From: Eutreptiella sp. 'Long Island Sound 2002' | Taxonomy: Eukaryota; Protista; Euglenida | Direction of reading: 5' to 3' | NCBI GenBank assembly: GCA_964036045.1 | Contig: OZ038378.1 | Location: 53,692,001-53,756,000 of the forward strand | DNA length: 64,000 bases | Part shown: positions 1 to 11,580 of the stretch, one piece after another | How positions within the stretch are numbered: the first letter of the stretch is position 1 | Layout of the letters: each line of letters starts with the position of its first letter | Position numbers and translations under genes: made by a program | The notes under the pieces: generated by a model | What the model was told of the DNA's origin: nothing | The model's database searches: none | Seen by the model: only the letters and a program-made list of their open reading frames with translations

Positions 1-330
1 GTACATTGTTCATGGCAAATTGCCCGAGGGACATGAGATACCAACGGCACACATACCGATTTTCAAGGAAAGATTTTTCCCCTCCCTCCTTGTGGTTGCA
101 GATAGCGTACGAGATATGCTAAATCCGCAGTTTATGGCTATTCCTAGGCTGGCCGGGCCGCACTCTGTTGCCACCCAACTACAATTATCGCCATTGGTTG
201 TGTTAAAGCACCTGTTGTATGAGTATGTACGTGCGTTGTTTCTGGTTGGGACGCAGGTCCGGGAGTGTTGCTGGGGCGGAAGTACTGGCCGAACTGCGCG
301 CGATGTTTGTGGATGAGTCCTTGCACATAA
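1..330 (+). pseudogene. Academ-like (DUF6589-type) DDE transposase, part 1 of the outermost host element
   Basis: LKHLLYEYVRALFLVGTQVRECCWGGSTGRTARDV aligns with PKNLLHLYIPAALLLGNLVCECKCDG*STGTGRTARKV at about 40380-40490. It continues at 35731 once element X is removed. Confidence 0.65.
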
Positions 331-473
331 TGGGATGTGCTTTTCTAGGGCGTGGTGCGGACCCCCCCCGAATTTGGGGGTTACATGGGTGCACTATGAT
401 GCAACAATGTGCCTTCCATGTCTCGTTTGCTCAGTATTCCACGATTGTGTCACTTTTTGCGATTTAGTCTTTT

Positions 474-592
474 TGTGCTCTAACTAGTTAGAACGGGTTT
501 AGAGCACTAGGTATCACGGGGGTTATCGCGCGATAACCTAGGTATTGCGCTAGTTATCGCGCGAAAATGAGTTATCGGGGGGGTTATCGCGC
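474..592. repeat. X-family palindrome block (GTTATCGCGCGATAAC / CTAACTAGTTAG)
   Basis: Several copies seen directly; the same motifs recur at 27791-27915, 34070-34195 and 35405-35525. Confidence 0.85.
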
Positions 593-869
593 TTCGTTTG
601 CTTTTATTCCATGTTTCCCCTCTTCGTCTTAGCTCTCAAATTATTGACAATGGCCCTTGCTGCTCCCGACGCTTGGGGTGTGTCGCTAGAAGGTGTGCGT
701 AGAACCCCCCTCCCCCCTTTGGGTACCACTAGAACCACGATGTGCAGGCGTTTACAATGCCTATCAGTCACAGTAGGAGTTCCTATAAGTGTCCTAAGTC
801 CAAAGCAAGCCTAGCTTGTGAAGGGCCACACGCTATGTTGAAGTTCCAAAAATGACCAAAAGCGCACAA

Positions 870-1028
870 AGTTGGGTTCCAGCACGGGTTCCGACGCAAA
901 AAGGGGGGTTCCAGCAGGGGTTCGAGCAGGGGTTCTAGCGCAGAAAGGGGGTTCCAACATGGGTTCCAACAGAAGGTTGCAGCGCAGAAAGGGGTTCCAA
1001 CAAGGGGTTCCAGCAGGGGTTCCAGCAC
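870..1028 (+). repeat. E1/E2-type intergenic block of GGGGTTCCAGC-like short repeats
   Basis: Many degenerate copies; similar blocks at 9965-10190, 11990-12132, 13880-14045, 55380-55540, 57720-57900, 59240-59370 and 61100-61255. Confidence 0.85.
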
Positions 1029-1065
1029 CTTTGTTTCACCTTTGTTCCCTTCCATTTCAGCCCAC

Positions 1066-1784
1066 ATGCCTTTGTTGGCCCCCTTGGTCGACTGGGCCAA
1101 GGCTGCCCGGGCTGCCGTGGGCACTCGGGGCTATGTTGGCCCCGATGGGTTGGGCTGCACCGACCTCGCCGCCCACCCCGACACCAAGGTGGCGATCCCC
1201 TCGGCACCACCATTGCCCGCATCTGCCTCACGCGCCCCCTTCTCGCCGCCGACAAGCCGCCTTGCGCCCTCACCGACGGGCTGCAGGGGGTCTTGGAGGA
1301 CAACCCCGCCGTGCCGATCCTGCAGGTCCGGCTGCATGCGGACGACGTGGATGATGTCATCCAAGCCTGCACCGGGAGGGCGAACCCCACTATCAACAAG
1401 ATGCAACGGTGTCATGTGGGCGCCATGTGGGGACGGAGGGCACCACGCTTCTCTTCGCCGCCCACAAGCCCACCACCACGAAGGCCGCGAACGACAAGTA
1501 CCCCTTCAAGCACCCCCACCTCGACACCCTCCGGTACATGCGGATAGCAAGCCCGCCATGGCCCTGCCCAACTACTCGCTCAGCAGCCACTCCCCCTACC
1601 GTTGGAAGCCGGAGCTCGTGGGGTTGACTACGCCGGTGCCGATGGAGAGCGAGGACGCGGTCTTGCCCCTCCCCATGTGCCACGCCTTGCCGCTCATTGG
1701 GACAAGCGAACCGGTGAAGCAGGTGGAAGTCTTCCGGGAAGCGAACGAGGAACTCTCGGAGTTGGGTCGGACGGGGCACATGTT
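1066..1784 (+). pseudogene. E1 cargo gene 1, N-terminal domain (frameshifted), fused to the dioxygenase at 8551
   Basis: YSLSSHSPYRWKPELVGLTTP...LPLPMCHALPLIG matches YSLATSTPLHWRPNDRYGLTTP...LPFRMRHPLPLIG (56017 ORF) and YSLCKCTACEWDGDGRGLTLP (46460 ORF). Confidence 0.75.
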
Positions 1785-1974
1785 TGTACCCTTCGTGAAC
1801 CGGTCGTTTGAATCCGAGTTTCACGGTACCGTGAATTTCACCTATTTTTGCTGTGTTTTGCTCGTAACTTGGTGCCACTGTGTGCTTTTGTCGTGCTATC
1901 TTGGCCCAAAGTAAGATGCAACAAATAGGTGCAATTTAGAGGTTTGGATTAGCCGCATGGTTCAACACATTTGG

Positions 1975-2130
1975 TGAGATTCGCGTGAATGTGAAATTCA
2001 CGCACCCAAATTCTCGCATAAATTGGCGCTAGATTCAAAGATTCACGAGAATGTAAAATTTGCACGAATTTGGTACGAATTGCGTACGAATTTCGTACGA
2101 ATTTGGTACGAATTTCGTACGAATTTACCC
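1975..2130. repeat. B-specific palindrome block (AAATTCGTACGAATTT, TCACGTGA)
   Basis: Multiple copies; repeated at 4020-4195, 6120-6260 and 8210-8300, in each case between genes of B. Confidence 0.9.
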
Positions 2131-2192
2131 TCATTTCCACTGTTTCGCTTTCTCACAGCTGTCAAAGCCTTTCGTCGCATTCTCTTTTGACC

Positions 2193-3919
2193 ATGTTCCA
2201 GCAGACTATGTCCCAGCTCGCCAGCCTGGCCTCGCGCCTCGACCCCGTAGCCGACACCCTCGCCCACTACCAAGCCCTCCCCGTCGCCCACCATCAATTG
2301 GAGGAGGCGACGTACCTGTTGGGCGCACTGGGGGTGGATGATGTTGTGGGCTGGGCAGCATCCCTCGACCCCTCCCCCGAGGTCATTCACATCGACGTGC
2401 GCAGCCCCTCCTGCAAGTCCTACCTGGGGGGGAGGGGCTGGGCCACAACGTTGTGGAGGGAACTGCGCTACCAAATCCCCTCCCTTAAATTTCCGCATCT
2501 GACCCCTCTACCTTCCAGCGTTGACGAGCTTCTCAATTCCATGCGCACTAACCGTGCGGGGAAGCATAAGGACGCCCACGTCCAGGTGTACCCCACCACT
2601 AACCTGGTCCATAACCCCCCCTGCGACATGGTGTGCCTGCAGGATCTTGCCGCAGGTGCACCGGCCGACCACTCCTTTTTTCTCTTCTCGTGGCACCTTG
2701 CCAACGCCCGGTGGTGGGATGATTTGGGCATCGCCCCTTTCCATCCCACCGTCCCCCCCCAGGTGTACATCCCCGACATCACCCACCCCACCTTCTACAC
2801 TACAACTGCGTTGCAATGGTACCGTGGTGCCTCAATCCCCCCCCCTTTCATTTCAAGTGAACCCCCCCTCCGCACTGAACCCCTTCCCGACCCCCCTCAT
2901 GGGATGATGGGCAACCCCGACCCCGCCCCCGACACGGTTGGCCCCTCCCAGCCGCCCCTCAACTTTGTTGATGGGAACGGCTACATTGTGCTTCGGGGGC
3001 TTGTGGAAGCACGGGATTGCGAGGTGGGGTGAGCAAGAGCACCTTGGGCCCGGGGGTGGGGGGGCCTCTCTTCAAGAATTTCCACCCTCACCTCACCAAA
3101 AGTGTGCCTTAGGTTGGGGACCTCCACCCAATGACGCCAGGCAGCGTCATCGTGGCGAGTGTGGGGAGTGGGGCCCAGCTCCCCCACTCCGATGTCGCCA
3201 CCCACCCCGAGGTGCTCCCCCCCAACAGCAGGGACATCTCGGGGTGCCACCTGAGTACCTTCCTGTGCTTGTCAGAGGACTACCAGGTGGCGGTGCAAGC
3301 GGGGACGGCCCTAGGGGAGGCGGGGGAGGCACGCTGGGACACCATTCAGGTGCAGAGGGGGGACATGTTGCTGATGGTGGCCACTCGCCGCGACCATGGG
3401 TTGCGTGCCCTCCCCGACTCCAAGGATGGGCTGTAGGGGGCTGTTTTTAACTTGTGGACCCCCGACGGCGTGCACAAACACCATCAGCCCAACACCACGC
3501 ACCTGGACCCCACTCCCCCCAAGGAGGCCCCGGACGTTGCTGGCGATTTGTCCAGCTAGGACTTCCCTAGCGTGGACCAGGTGTTGTGGGTGGGGAAGGG
3601 GGCGGTTGGGAGAGTAGGGTTGTGGGAGGGGAATGCTGCCCAGGCCCTCTTCGCCGACCCCCCCCGGGAGTCGGTCCCGGCCGGCCCCCCCACCTCCCCC
3701 TTCCACCCCACCTTCCTCTCCTGGTCGGCCCCGGCCTCCGACCTCGCCGTCATCGAGGTCGGGGAGCAGTGCATGTTCTTCTTCGTGGGGCGCGTGCACC
3801 AGCCGGAGGTCTGCAAGGGGGACAATGCCGATGCGGAGGCGGAGATCCACTTTGCCATGACCGGCATTGCTCCCCCGGGGCGGCCAACCACACTGTGGCA
3901 TCCGGCGAACACGGCCTGA
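2193..3919 (+). pseudogene. B cargo gene 1: N-terminal domain plus PhyH-like 2OG-Fe(II) dioxygenase
   Basis: NFVDGNGYIVLRGLV resembles a PhyH N-terminus. SGAQLPHSD gives the HxD motif; QRGDMLLM...RDHG gives a distal His. In-frame TAG stops at 3434 and 3557 and a frameshift near 3030-3060. Confidence 0.65.
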
Positions 3920-4275
3920 GCGTGGCGGTCGCCCAAGTGCGCGAAGGCCGGGGCATGGGCAATCACATGCCCATGTGAGTGCAAGGTGTGCTTGCTTGTG
4001 TGTTTGCTTTGTTCAATGGCAAATTGGATGAAATTCACGTGGAATTCGTACCAAATTCGTACGAATTTTGTTCGAATTTCGTACCAATTTCACGTGAATA
4101 AATTTCTGTGAATATTGAGGCAATGTGGAATTCGTACGACATTGGTACGAATTTCGTACGAATTTCAGACGAAATTCTGTGAATTTCGTCCAATTTCTTC
4201 GTTTTGTCGTTGCATTGCTCCATGTTTGCTCGCCCATTCTCAATTGGTGCCTTGCACACTTCTCCCCTTCTGTAG

Positions 4276-5728
4276 GTCCCGTTCTACGCGTGGTCGCCGG
4301 ACATTCGGCACCACACCCGGCGCCGGTACAAGCCCCGGCCTCGATTGCCCGAGGAGCACGGCGAGCCGCCCGGAGGCACCGGTGGTGGACGGACCCCGAG
4401 CGAGTCCGGCAGTGGGCGCAGTGTGGGCTCGCGGCGCTCTGGACGTTCTGCACGGACCGGCAGCGAGGCCAGCACCGTTGCGGGGCATGTGCCGCGCGAG
4501 CTGGTCGTCCCCATGCTGTCCCTCGAAGACTTGGGCACTGTCCACACCGAGTCCTCCCCGGACCGGGTCACCCTGGCGCCCAGGCAGCCGGATCCGGCCT
4601 GGACGCAGAAGGTGCCGCCCTGGCCCGATGGGGGGCAGCGGCATCTCTCTGCCGTGTGGGACATGGTCTTGCACCCCCGGGGGGTGCAGGGCACCCTCCG
4701 CATCTCCTTCCCCTGCCGCATTGTGGTCATGGGGGGATCCAACCTGCCCAAGGGGCAAGAGCTGGTGGGCCTGTTTGCCTACAGGCTTGTGAGCGGGCAG
4801 TGGCGGGTGTAGACCGGGGTGGCGCGGATTGGGGAGGAGGGGACGGCGACCACGGCTGCGGTCTTTGGGCTGAATGTGGTCACGGGGTGGGACAAGCGGA
4901 GGCCGGACTGGGTGGACGTCGCATGGCTTGGCATGCGCGTCCATGTGGGGAGGCAGCGGAAGATGGGGGTTGATGACGTCATTGACGTCGAGGGGCAGGA
5001 AGAACCCCCCACCCCTTGGGCCCGGAAGCGGAAAGGCCACCCCCCCCAAGGGGACACCGAGCCCCCCCCCCCCCCCTCAAAAGCCCCGCGTACGGCCACC
5101 CCGGCGGAGCGGGCAGAGCGGGCGGAGCCGACGGCGGGGCGGGGGCACAGGGGGGCGGTGCACAAGTGGGTGCAGCTGCAGTAGAAGCTGCAGCGGTCGG
5201 GGGCCTGGGAGGCGCGCGCGATCAGGGCGGAGGCCGCCAACCGCGACCTACAGGCCCGCCTGTCCAGAGCCATCTAGGACAGGCAGGACGCCGAGTCGCG
5301 GTTGGTGGACGTCACCAAGGAGCGGGGCCGCCCAGCCACCACGGTGAAAACTCTGGAGCGCGACCTGGCGACGGCGCTCAAGGCAAAGCCACCGGCACAT
5401 GCAGCACAGGCAAGGGAGGGGCCTGAGGGTGCCGAGGCCCCCGGGTGACAGGCGGGGGGGGGGGGGCAGTTCCGCCGGTATCTGGTACCTTCCGGCCGAG
5501 GCATGCGCCGGCCAGATGTCGGCGGTGTCCACCGGCATGCGGATGGCCATGATGGTCAGTGGCCAGCAGGCCGATGTGGATAGCGTGGCCCCCGACGCCC
5601 CGAGGGTGAGTGCCGCACGGGAGGAGGTGCGCCGGCAGTACCCCCCCCCCCCCACCCCCTCACTCCCGCGCTATGGACCCCTCCTTTTTGGAGGCGCTGG
5701 CGGAGCAAAGCTCCCAGGGCTCCGCTAA
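4276..5728 (+). pseudogene. B cargo gene 2: beta-rich domain followed by coiled-coil
   Basis: Long frame after a ctgtag acceptor, interrupted by TAG at 4810, 5182 and 5275. C-terminal EARAIRAEAANRDLQARLSRAI is heptad-like. Confidence 0.55.
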
Positions 5729-6314
5729 CCGGAGCTCTGCTCCAGGGGGGGGGGGGGGGTAGCTCACCCTTTTACTTCGGGACCACCCGTCCCTCTTCTC
5801 CACGGACGTTATTTGTACATTTTTATATATGAATGTATGTACAAATATCCTTTCCCCCCCCCCCCCCAAGCATGGGCAGTTTGAGTGACATGTGGGGCAC
5901 TCACCCCCCACTTTGCGACATTTTCTTCAGCACTGTTTGTCTTTTATTCGGGATCTTCTATGCCCCCTGATGTGTTACACTGTTGACTGTGTGTCAGCCG
6001 GAATGATGACCATTGGACTGGGTGTGTGGTAAACCATGAACTCCATCCTTTGCTTGCTTTGTGAGGACCAACGAGGGCAAAAGGATGAGTCAAATTTTCT
6101 CTTCGGCAGAAATTCTCTGACAGTCACGTGAAATTCGTACAAAATTGGTACGAATTTCGTACGAATTTCACATTGCCTGAATATTCACACACATTCATTC
6201 ACGTGAAATTCTCATGAAATTTGTACGAATTTTGTATGAATTTTTGTGTATTTCGTCCAATTGCGTGCGAATTACACTAGATTCCCACAAACTTTAGTTA
6301 TCCGGGACAGGGGG

Positions 6315-7918
6315 ATGGTAGAAACCTGCGATAAATGCCTCCCCCATTCCACAGGTCTTGTACCTCACACCATGCCGCGGCCCAAAGAGCCATTCCATTT
6401 GTTAGCGGGTCGTACACAACGAAGGTGCCTACAAGAGCTCCAGCAAGTTGTTACCAAGGAGCTTGCAGCACCCTACACCGTCAAGTACCTGCCCGACACG
6501 GGGCAAATAGTGCTTACCCCCGAAACAAGAGTTGTACTGACCGTCCAGCCTCAGCCCACCATGGAGGATAGGTTGATTATGGCCGTTTGGCGGATTTGGT
6601 CATTGCACCTCTCTAGGACGGAGTCGCGGTACCTAGTGGGGAGCATGACGTACAGTGTGGTATGGGACCACGTGTACGGCATGCTTCGGCAGCTAGCGTT
6701 ACCGGAGTCTCGGGCGTTCACTGCCCATACAGGAGACGACACGGCCATCCATGGTTCGGCTTGCTACCTACCTGACCGCATCGGCCACCTGTTCAAGTGT
6801 TGACCACCCCCAACCTGGGACATCATGCAGCCCGGGGACCGACGGCTCCATTGCTTGCCTATTGCGGTGCACGGTACATCGAGGCATGAGGCCTCGCACG
6901 TCCATCGCACGCTTGGTGGCACCGCTAGCCCGAACCAACTATCTAGTTGGTGGCTATTAGGGGTCAGTGAAAAGTGGGAGACCCTCTACGCGGCCTCCCA
7001 AGAAATTGATTTTGATGACGAGTTGCACAAGGCCGCAACCGTAAGTTTTAAGAATACGGGAGGGAACGATAGGCAGTCCCTTTTTTTTTGTGTGCAGAGG
7101 GGAAAGCACGGGTCCTCATGGCGGGCTGCCAAAACAGTAAGGCAGAATCCCCTGGTGCCACCGTGTGTTGGGTCTGCATGCGTAACCGTGCTCTGTGCCT
7201 TGCCACCTTTGGCATAGCAAGTGTGATAGACGGCAATCAGGAAGGGGCTGTTGCCATAGGTGCTATATATGGGACCATTACGAGTGATAGGCGAGTGCCT
7301 GATTCTGGCCTCCATGGGGTCCTTCGTGTCCTATTTTGTGGCATCAACGGGACACGGGACCTAGTTGTACAATTGACAGGGAAGGCACCGGCCACCGTGG
7401 CACGCACCATGCTGCAACTGGTTCTAGATGAGGCATGGCTTGCTGCACGAACTTGCACCCGTGCCTCATTAAATAATGACAAGGCAAACAGCAAGGAGAA
7501 GGTGAGGATGGAGTGTGCTGCTGCCATCCATTTCATGCGGACAAGGGTTGGGATAAGATAATAGATGCTTGCCTACAGCAGCCTAGTCTGAGGCAGGCAC
7601 TAAGTAGGGGGAAAATGTTGGGAGTCGGTGTGCAAAACGTGGTGGGAGAATTTTGCAAGCATGTGTGTATACGCGTGGCGTTACGCATGGTTCTCCGGGG
7701 CCGACTTGGGGCGGCTCCGGAACTATAGCATAGCCATGGGCGCTGCCCGGAATGAGCTGCAGTGGGGCACACTTCTGTGGACGCATCTTTGGATCGACCA
7801 CATGTATTATTTTGCAAAGAAGTGGAGAATCTTGTCAAAGTTCTCCTGCTTTGCCACGGAGGGAAGTCACCGGAGGCTGAAGCGCATGTTGCGCAACACC
7901 GGGGGCAAGTGGTTGTGA
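6315..7918 (+). pseudogene. B transposase, RAG1/Transib-like DDE
   Basis: PRPKEPFHLLAGRTQRRCLQEL (NBD-like), PIAVHGT, LCAEGK...CWVC, PDSGLHGVLRV, WTHLWIDH...FSCFATEGSHRRLK. Several frameshifts. Confidence 0.72.
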
Positions 7919-8550
7919 ACAACCACACCATTGCTGATAGCCTTTGGTTGCATGGGTGGAACGGACCAAAAGGGCACAACATGGGCAAGGGCCCATAAGT
8001 GTACAAACATATGCAAGCAGTACAAGAAGACGGCTTCTAACCGACATGCAGTACCTTCAAACTCTACAGTGGCGGTTCCGGTGTCGCAAGAGACGGACAT
8101 GAGATCACCACACAAACGTAGACCACTGTTGCCTGTGACCGGGATGGATGCCGGGACGCCTATTAGGGGTGTGAGGACAAATCAGGGGTGGCACACCGGT
8201 AACAGCTGAGTAAAATCACGTGAATTCACGTGAAACTCGTACGAAATTCGTACGAAATTTGTGCGAATTTCGTACGAATTCACGTGAATTCATGTGAATC
8301 GGCTACAGGGTTACCGGGTTTAGGCACCTCTCGTTTTGGGCACGGTTCGGGCGTGATGGATGCTTTCGGGGCGGGACCTTCATTGCATGATCCGTAATGA
8401 AGCTGGGGGAAGAATTTTGGCCCCTCAAATCCCTCGGAAGGATCCAGAAATATGGCGTTTTCCCCCGACAACCTCAAAATTTGGGTAAATTCACGTGAAA
8501 TTCACGCAATTATTCAAACGGCCACTTAAGCCCCGTTCACGAAGGGTACA

Positions 8551-9941
8551 TTCAAGGACGGGTTCCTAGCGAGGGATGGCGACTTGCTGGCGAACATGAA
8601 GATCGAGGCGGACAACGTAGGTCACAGGTGGGTCGGCATCTTCAACGTGGCATGGCCAAGCCCAAACCGGCCACCCGATCCAGGTGACAGGGCTGCGGTG
8701 TACGCGGTGTTTCGGACGGACAAAGGGGGTCAAGAAGGTCTTCAGCTTCCTCACGTTGTACTTTGGGCGCAAGGACTTGTGCAACGCCTCTCTACGAAGT
8801 ACCCGGGTCTGTTCTTGGTGAAGGTTGGGTACCTTCGGGCAACGTCGGATCAGCCACAACTATGGCATCGGGATCTTCCGCTGGAGTTGCCAATCGTTGG
8901 GGTGGAGCACGCCTTCTCCTGCTTCATGCCTGTGAATCTGGACTGCCCCATGGACGGCCGGGAGAACATGTTCGTGTACGGTTCAGGCTCTGGTGATCCC
9001 TATCCGTGCCAGGAGGTCTTGATGAGTATGGTGGCGGGCGACCTGTGGATACTGAACAGTTACGTCATTCACCGTGGTGGGGCTGTCCCGAGACATGTGC
9101 CGCCTGGATCAACCCGTATCATTGCCTTTGCCGCCATTGCCACACACCGCGTCGACTACGAGACCCCCATGCCGATCATCCCGCCTCCCTGGGCTGAAGC
9201 CCCCGCGCAAAAAACCGTCGCCACCGTCCCCGAAGGTCGTGCACTGTACAGCAGTGCAGTGCAACCGCGTGGTGAAGGCCGACCCGCCAGGGAAGTGTTT
9301 CGCCTTTGACGAACGTCCCCTTTGTGCTCCAAATGTCGGGCAACTCTTTGAAGACTGTCAGCGGGATTCTGGCTATCCTGCAGTGGAGGCCGCCCCTGGA
9401 GCTGCTGTGGAGGCCGTGGCGATGTCAGCCGAGTGAGCACAGGAAGTCGATGAGGACCTGGGGACGCAGAAGATCGTGGAGGAGGATCTGTGCGGGTTTG
9501 CGGCTTTGGTGATGATGCCCTTGGACCAGACGGTGCTGTACACCACCCATCGCCCAGGGCCACTGGCGGCAGAGATTTCTGCTCGGCTGGTGATCCACGC
9601 GTCCGCCCAACCCTCCGCCCCCGAAGATTGTCCCCTTGGCCCCTTTGCCCGGGGAGGAGGAGTTGGAGGCCCCGACCACAAGCAAGTTCCACATCATCGC
9701 CACGCAGCCGGGCAGCCTAATGGTGGTGCGAGAAGGCCAGGTGGGTGGGATGGCAGTGGTGGAGGACACCTCGGACCCCCCGGTCGCCCAAGTACTTGGA
9801 TGGGATGTTGCCGGCACCCACCCGCGCGTCGTTGCCACGTCTCTCCTGGTCCAATCGGGGCTTCTGGTGGCCAACCCTGAGCGCCTGAAGGAGTACTGGT
9901 GCCTTGCCAACAGATATGAGCCTACAGTGTGGCGGGGCTAA
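8551..9941 (+). pseudogene. E1 cargo gene 1, C-terminal part: PhyH-like 2OG-Fe(II) dioxygenase, Cys-rich segment and C-terminal domain
   Basis: QPQLWHRD...AGDLWILNSYVIHRGG...RIIAF. The C-terminal TSKFHIIATQPGS...LLVQSGLLVANP matches TSHFPLVKTNPGT...ILVESGLVLENP at 57326-57729. Confidence 0.75.
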
Positions 9942-10229
9942 GGCTTTAGGCACAGCAGGCCTCGGGGGGGGGGGGGGTGCTGGAAGGTTGCCGGAAGGGT
10001 CGGTGGAAGGGATTCCAGCGCTCGAAGGGTCTGCTGAAAGGGTGCCAGAAAGCTGCTGGAAGGGGTTCCAGCACTGGAAGGGTCCGCTGGAAGGGTCCGC
10101 TGGAAGGGGTTTCAGCGATGGAAGGGGGGTTCCAACAGGGTTCCAGCCAGGGGTTCCAGGGCAGTAAGGGGTTCCAGCAGGGGTTCCAACAGGTATCGTA
10201 TCACGCGTTTTACCTGCATTTCGTCCTCT

Positions 10230-11374
10230 TTAAGGCTACAGTGGATGTCTGGCCTGAACTGGTACAACGGGACGAGTCGGTGGCCGAGCCCGAGGCGCGA
10301 GGGGATAGTGCAGTATTTGTGGTGGACAGCGTGTCGGTCGCGTGGCTGGCCCGTGAGGTGGTGACTTCGCCAACGAGTGCAGCAAGGAAGCCGGGGGCCG
10401 TGGCCCAGCTCATGTTCCAGTCTGGTCAAACGCCGTGATACAAGGTTTTGGAGCTCAATGTGGCGATAGCGAGCGGCTAGAAGGTGGTGTGCACGTTTCC
10501 GGTGCGAGTGAAGGGTGTGCAAGGCAAGAAGCGAGCTGGGTACATCTTTGGCGTTGGAAAAGGGTTGCATGGATCTTGGTGGTACCAAATGTACCATGAG
10601 GAGGATGGGCGGAGCGTGTGGTATGGTCTGCGGGGGTTGCAAGGCGTTGGAGGAGATGAGGTTCCGGAGTCCGCCATGAAGGTGTTCGCTGCCTGGGTGA
10701 GGGAGCGCAAGAAGACTTACGTTGGTGGCCGAGGGCACACAAGGGGCGCTGCGATTGAGGTGGAAGGAGACGACGATGATGCCGACGACAAGGAGCAGCC
10801 GAAGGACAAAGACAAAGACAAAGGCAAGGACAAAGCCAAGGACGAGCCAAAGGAGAAAGGCAAGGACAAAGGCCAGCGCAAGGACAAGGACAAGGACAAG
10901 GACAAGGACAAGGATAAGGACAAGGACAAGGACAAGGACAAGGACAAGACAACCCGGGCATCTCAGTCACCGCAGTCGCAGTCCCAGCAGTCCCAGAAGT
11001 CCCAGCAAATGGTTGACGCTTGGGCTATGGCTGAGGAGGTGGTACAGCGGTGCAAGGACTCCTTGACGCAGCAGATGAGAGTGACCCTCATAGATTGCGT
11101 CCCTTCGGCAGTGGCAAAGGCGATGTTTGACGCCTTCAAGAGCAAGGCAGAGACACTGATTGGCCGGCTGACCAAGCAGCTTGAGACGGAGCGCACGGGA
11201 CAGGCGAACGCCAAGGCCCAATTGCACAATGAGCGGAAACGGGTCAGGGAGTTGGAGCTGGAGAATGAGAGCATGAAGAAGCAGCTGGTGGAGAGCAACA
11301 CCAAAACGGCCGAAGCAAAGCAACACGCAGAGCAGCTGTTGGCGGTGATTGCGGGCAATTACAAGAAGGCGTAG
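10230..11374 (+). pseudogene. E1 cargo gene 2: coiled-coil protein with KD dipeptide repeat
   Basis: ORF 10484-11374 with (GACAAG)n encoding KDKDKD at about 10800-10948 and a heptad-rich C-terminus. Upstream frame broken by stops. Homologous in position and sequence to 57930-59056. Confidence 0.65.
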
Positions 11375-11377
11375 GCA

Positions 11378-11580
11378 CTGGAGACGAGACCTTTTGGGAC
11401 CTGGAGACGAGACTTGTCGGCACCTTTTGGGACCTAGTGATGAGACTGGTTGGGACCTGGAATAGGAGACCTGTTGGGACCTGGAGAGCACACCTGTTGG
11501 GACCTCGAGAGCACACTTGTTGGGACCCGGAGAGCAGATCTTTTGGGACCTGGAGAGCAGACCTGTTGGGACCTGAGATA
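11378..11580 (+). repeat. Tandem repeat of about 20-22 bp (TGTTGGGACCTGGAGAGCAGACC-like)
   Basis: About 9 degenerate copies directly after the stop codon of the coiled-coil gene. Confidence 0.85.

Larger units (their letters stand above)
1785..8550 (+). mobile_element. Element B: 6.8-kb three-gene TG...CA transposon nested in E1
   Basis: Perfect 16-bp TIR TGTACCCTTCGTGAAC (1785-1800, 8535-8550). TT on both flanks. Excision gives ...GHMF|KDGFLARDGDLLANM in frame. Confidence 0.92.

Noticed and set aside
870-1028. Telomeric or interstitial telomere repeats
   Set aside because: GGGTT-containing units are irregular, longer than telomeric units and confined to gaps between E1/E2 genes.
1066-1784. 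N6/N4 DNA methyltransferase identity for the conserved N-terminal domain
   Set aside because: A few spaced residues resemble beta-class methylases (G..W...LLFA.K; WKPE...EDAVL), but no DPPY/SPPY or FxGxG motif is conserved in the E2 and E3 homologs. Needs HHpred.
4115-5728. Numerous long overlapping GC-rich ORFs in alternative frames and on the minus strand
   Set aside because: Stop-poor shadows of GC-rich coding sequence, with no homology among element copies.
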